Assembly: GCA_009838525.1 (NCBI GenBank)
Contig: VXRJ01000019.1
Coordinates: forward strand, 9,932 to 73,931
Length of the DNA: 64,000 nt
DNA from: Acidobacteriota bacterium
GTDB taxonomy: Bacteria; Acidobacteriota; Vicinamibacteria; Vicinamibacterales; UBA8438
Direction of reading: 5' to 3'
Below the pieces are notes generated by a model. That model was not told where the DNA came from, did no database searches, and worked only from the letters and a program-made list of their open reading frames with translations. The position numbers and the translations under genes were made by a program. This document shows, piece after piece, positions 61,348-64,000 of the stretch (positions within the stretch are counted from its first letter, which is position 1; every line of letters starts with the position of its first letter).

Positions 61348-63453
61348 ATGGCTTTGCGCGAGCGCGGACGGTACGCGATAGTGGCCGGCATGAGAACTGT
61401 CATCCACCTGGCGGTCCTGGTGTTGCTTCTCGCCGTCACGGCGCTCGGGCTTGGGTGGGCCGGACAGGCGCAGGGACCGCCCGATACGGACTGGTCGACG
61501 TACCTGGGCGACGTGGGGCGGCGTCACTACTCGCCGCTGGAGCAGATTACGCGCGAGAACGTCGATCGGCTCGAGCTGGCCTGGACCTACGACTCCGGCG
61601 AGCTGCGCCCCGGCAACTCGACGATGTACACCAGCCCGCTCGTCGTCGATGGCGTCCTGTACGGCCTGTCGCCGACACTCACCGCCTTCGCCCTTGACGC
61701 CGCTACCGGCGAGGAGCTCTGGCGCTACGACCCGGGCCTCGACGGCGCGCCCCAGCGCGGGCTGATGTGGTGGGAGCGCGAGACCCCCAGCGGCACCGTC
61801 GCGCGGCTGTTCTTCACCGGGAACGACTCCCTCGTCGCGCTCGATCCGGCGGCCGGACAACCGGTTATCGACTTCGGCGAGAACGGCATCATGAACCTGT
61901 CGGCCACCATGGAACGGGACGGCCCGCTCCGGGTAACGGTGCCCGGGATCGTCTTCGAGGACCTGCTCGTGTTCGGCTTCTCCACCAGTGAAGCGGCCGA
62001 CGCGCTGCCCGGCGCGATATCGGCCTACAGCGCCATCGACGGCTCGCTGGTCTGGCGGCACCATAACGTGCCGCGTACGGGAGAGCCGGGCTCGGAAACG
62101 TGGGCTGACGGCTCACTGGAGGTGGCGGGCGGCGCCAACACCTGGACCGGCATGGCCCTCGACGCCGAGCGCGGCCTGCTGTTCGCGCCGACCGGATCGG
62201 CAACTCCCGACTTCTACGGCGCCTCACGGGTCGGCGACAACCTCTTCGCCAACAGCGTGCTGGCGATTGACGTCCGGACCGGGGAACGGCGCTGGCACTA
62301 CCAGACGATCAGGCACGACGTGTGGGATCGCGACCTGCCGTCCCCTCCGACCCTCGTGCAACTGGAACGCGACGGCCGGACCATCGACGCGGTCGCGGTC
62401 ACCAGCAAGTCGGGCCACCTCTTCCTGTTCGACCGCGAGACGGGCGAGTCGCTTTACGACATCGGCGAGGTGACGGCGCCCCCGAGCGACATACCGGGCG
62501 AGGTGGTGGTGACGACGCAGCCGGAGTCGTCGATCGCCCTGACGCGGCAGCGCTTCGAGATGACGACCCGCAGCCAGGAATCGATCGACTTCGTGAGCGC
62601 AATCTGGGACCGCCTCGATCAGCGGCCCTGGGCGCCGCCCAGCCTGCAGGGATCGATGATGTATCCCGGCTACGACGGGGGCCAGGAATGGGGCGGCTCG
62701 GCTTTCGACCCGGCCACCCATCGGCTGATCGTCAATTCGTCCGAGATCGGCGCCATCCTGCAGCTCTACGAGATTCCCGTGGGCTTCAGCGCACGTGCCG
62801 TCTATGCCGAGAACTGCGGCGCCTGCCACGGCGCCGACCGGGCCGGCAACGAGGTCGGCCCTGGCCTCATCGACATCGACGACCGGTTGACGGCGCGGGA
62901 AATCAACGACGTTGTCCGCAACGGGCGAGGACGCATGAACGGCTTCGCCCATCTGGACGAGGTCGAGATCCGCGCCGCCATCCGGTACATCCGTAATCCG
63001 GAGGAGGAAGAGGACCTGCCTCCGTCGACCGAGGTGGACTACGCATTCGGCGGCTACACCTGGCTACGCGATCAGGACGGCCTGCCCGGAAACCGTTCGC
63101 CCTGGGGCACGCTGACGTCAGTCGACCTGGCGACGGGCAACTTCGACTGGCAGGTGCCGTTCGGCGACTATCCGCAGACCATCGGTCAGGGCCTCGGTTC
63201 CGAGAGTTACGGCGGCCCGGTCGTGACCGCCAGCGGACTGATCTTCATCGCCGCGACGCCGGACCGGAGGATCCGCGCGTTCGACACGCGCGACGGCTCG
63301 GAACTGTGGCACGCGGATTTGCCCGCGGCTGGCTTCTCGACGCCGGCGGTCTATGCGGCAGGCGGGCGCCAGTTCGTCGTCATCGCCGCCGGCGGCGGCC
63401 GGATGGGACCTCCGTCGAGCGCGGAGTACTACGCCTTCGCGCTGCCCGACTGA
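61348..63453 (+). CDS. PQQ-dependent beta-propeller dehydrogenase with an internal cytochrome c domain (quinohaemoprotein)
   Basis: WSTYLGDVGRRHYSPLEQI, TIRHDVWDRDLP and EWGGSAFD propeller blocks. AENCGACHGADRAGN...GRGRMNGF insert. Propeller blades resume after the insert. Start at 61348 or 61390 (MRTVIHLAVLVLLL signal). Confidence 0.9.
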   Translation: MALRERGRYAIVAGMRTVIHLAVLVLLLAVTALGLGWAGQAQGPPDTDWSTYLGDVGRRHYSPLEQITRENVDRLELAWTYDSGELRPGNSTMYTSPLVVDGVLYGLSPTLTAFALDAATGEELWRYDPGLDGAPQRGLMWWERETPSGTVARLFFTGNDSLVALDPAAGQPVIDFGENGIMNLSATMERDGPLRVTVPGIVFEDLLVFGFSTSEAADALPGAISAYSAIDGSLVWRHHNVPRTGEPGSETWADGSLEVAGGANTWTGMALDAERGLLFAPTGSATPDFYGASRVGDNLFANSVLAIDVRTGERRWHYQTIRHDVWDRDLPSPPTLVQLERDGRTIDAVAVTSKSGHLFLFDRETGESLYDIGEVTAPPSDIPGEVVVTTQPESSIALTRQRFEMTTRSQESIDFVSAIWDRLDQRPWAPPSLQGSMMYPGYDGGQEWGGSAFDPATHRLIVNSSEIGAILQLYEIPVGFSARAVYAENCGACHGADRAGNEVGPGLIDIDDRLTAREINDVVRNGRGRMNGFAHLDEVEIRAAIRYIRNPEEEEDLPPSTEVDYAFGGYTWLRDQDGLPGNRSPWGTLTSVDLATGNFDWQVPFGDYPQTIGQGLGSESYGGPVVTASGLIFIAATPDRRIRAFDTRDGSELWHADLPAAGFSTPAVYAAGGRQFVVIAAGGGRMGPPSSAEYYAFALPD

Positions 63454-63499
63454 GCGGCCCACACGACGCGATCCGCGGTCCCCTGCCCGTCGGTCGACC

Positions 63500-64000
63500 C
63501 TACTGGCCCAGTTCCTCGTAGATGGCCTGGATCGCGGCGGCCATCCGCTCCGTCCGGTAGCCCTCGTACTGGCTGGTCAGGTCGATGGACGCCGCGGCCT
63601 GCTCTGCCGTCTGGCCGTCGGCAATCGCCTCGCGCACGGCCCCGAGCAGGTCCGCCGTGAACCGCTGGTACTCCTCCAGACTGTCGGGCGTCGTCACCGG
63701 GATATGGCCCGGGATGACCGTGTCGAATCCATCCACGTTATCGAGGAGCTTCCTTAGCGTCTCGGGGAACTCGACGCCGCTGCCGCCGTTGTTCCGATCG
63801 AGGAACGGCGCATCCTGCCAGGGGAACATGTCGCCCATCTGCAGGACCCGCAGGCCGGGATAGAGGATGAACGTGTCGCCGCTCGTATGGCCCGGACCGA
63901 AGTGGTACAGCTCGATCCGATCGGCTCCCGATCCCAGCGTCAACTGGTCGTTGTAGGTCCGGTCCGGCAACCCGCGCGCCCCGTCGCCCGCGAAGATGTC
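63500..64000 (-). CDS. MBL-fold metallo-hydrolase, C-terminal part (5' end beyond the window)
   Basis: The frame stays open to position 64000. ELYHFGPGHTSGDTFILYP...VIPGH aligns with the C-terminal half of the 8908-9846 gene. Confidence 0.8.
   Translation of the reverse strand, partial: DIFAGDGARGLPDRTYNDQLTLGSGADRIELYHFGPGHTSGDTFILYPGLRVLQMGDMFPWQDAPFLDRNNGGSGVEFPETLRKLLDNVDGFDTVIPGHIPVTTPDSLEEYQRFTADLLGAVREAIADGQTAEQAAASIDLTSQYEGYRTERMAAAIQAIYEELGQ

Overview
GC-rich, gene-dense bacterial chromosomal window: about 61 protein genes and one tRNA-Leu(UAA). I found no rRNA, CRISPR array, transposase, integrase or phage gene. High GC makes all six frames open, so the many long Arg/Gly/Pro-rich ORFs in the track are antisense or out-of-frame shadows of real genes.

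Content is dominated by exported, periplasmic and outer-membrane functions:
- three PQQ beta-propeller dehydrogenases, one with a cytochrome c domain inserted inside the propeller
- six CxxCH haem proteins
- two TonB-dependent receptors
- three MBL-fold hydrolases and three VOC/glyoxalase-fold proteins
- a Tat-exported molybdoenzyme
- an AttEFGH-like ABC exporter
- an Omp85-family protein, a PagL-like deacylase and an M1 aminopeptidase

Core metabolism is also present: prephenate dehydratase, a two-subunit biotin acyl-CoA carboxylase and a propionate/acetate-CoA ligase. The repertoire resembles Acidobacteriota/Gemmatimonadota-type genomes, but taxonomy cannot be established from this window.

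Best candidates for uncharacterised systems:
1. A five-gene exported/membrane cluster at 35.4-38.7 kb: cytochrome c'-like protein, two paralogous 4-TM proteins and two secreted proteins of unknown function.
2. A periplasmic redox divergon plus a GlcG-lipoprotein-haem protein operon at 46.4-53.1 kb.
3. A Cys/His-rich small protein, His-rich TonB receptor, CopC and CopD putative copper-acquisition operon, followed by a Tat-signal PLP enzyme, at 17.6-23.4 kb.
4. Two unrelated ceramidase-type genes, translationally coupled, at 30.9-33.2 kb.
5. A cytochrome c, S55-like peptidase and beta-propeller operon next to an ECF sigma/anti-sigma pair at 38.8-44.7 kb.

At the sequence level there is a recurrent -10-like hexamer 6-11 nt upstream of start codons, which suggests leaderless mRNAs. 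There are also several short tandem duplications at gene 3' ends.

All family assignments come from reading the translated sequences; no database search was run.
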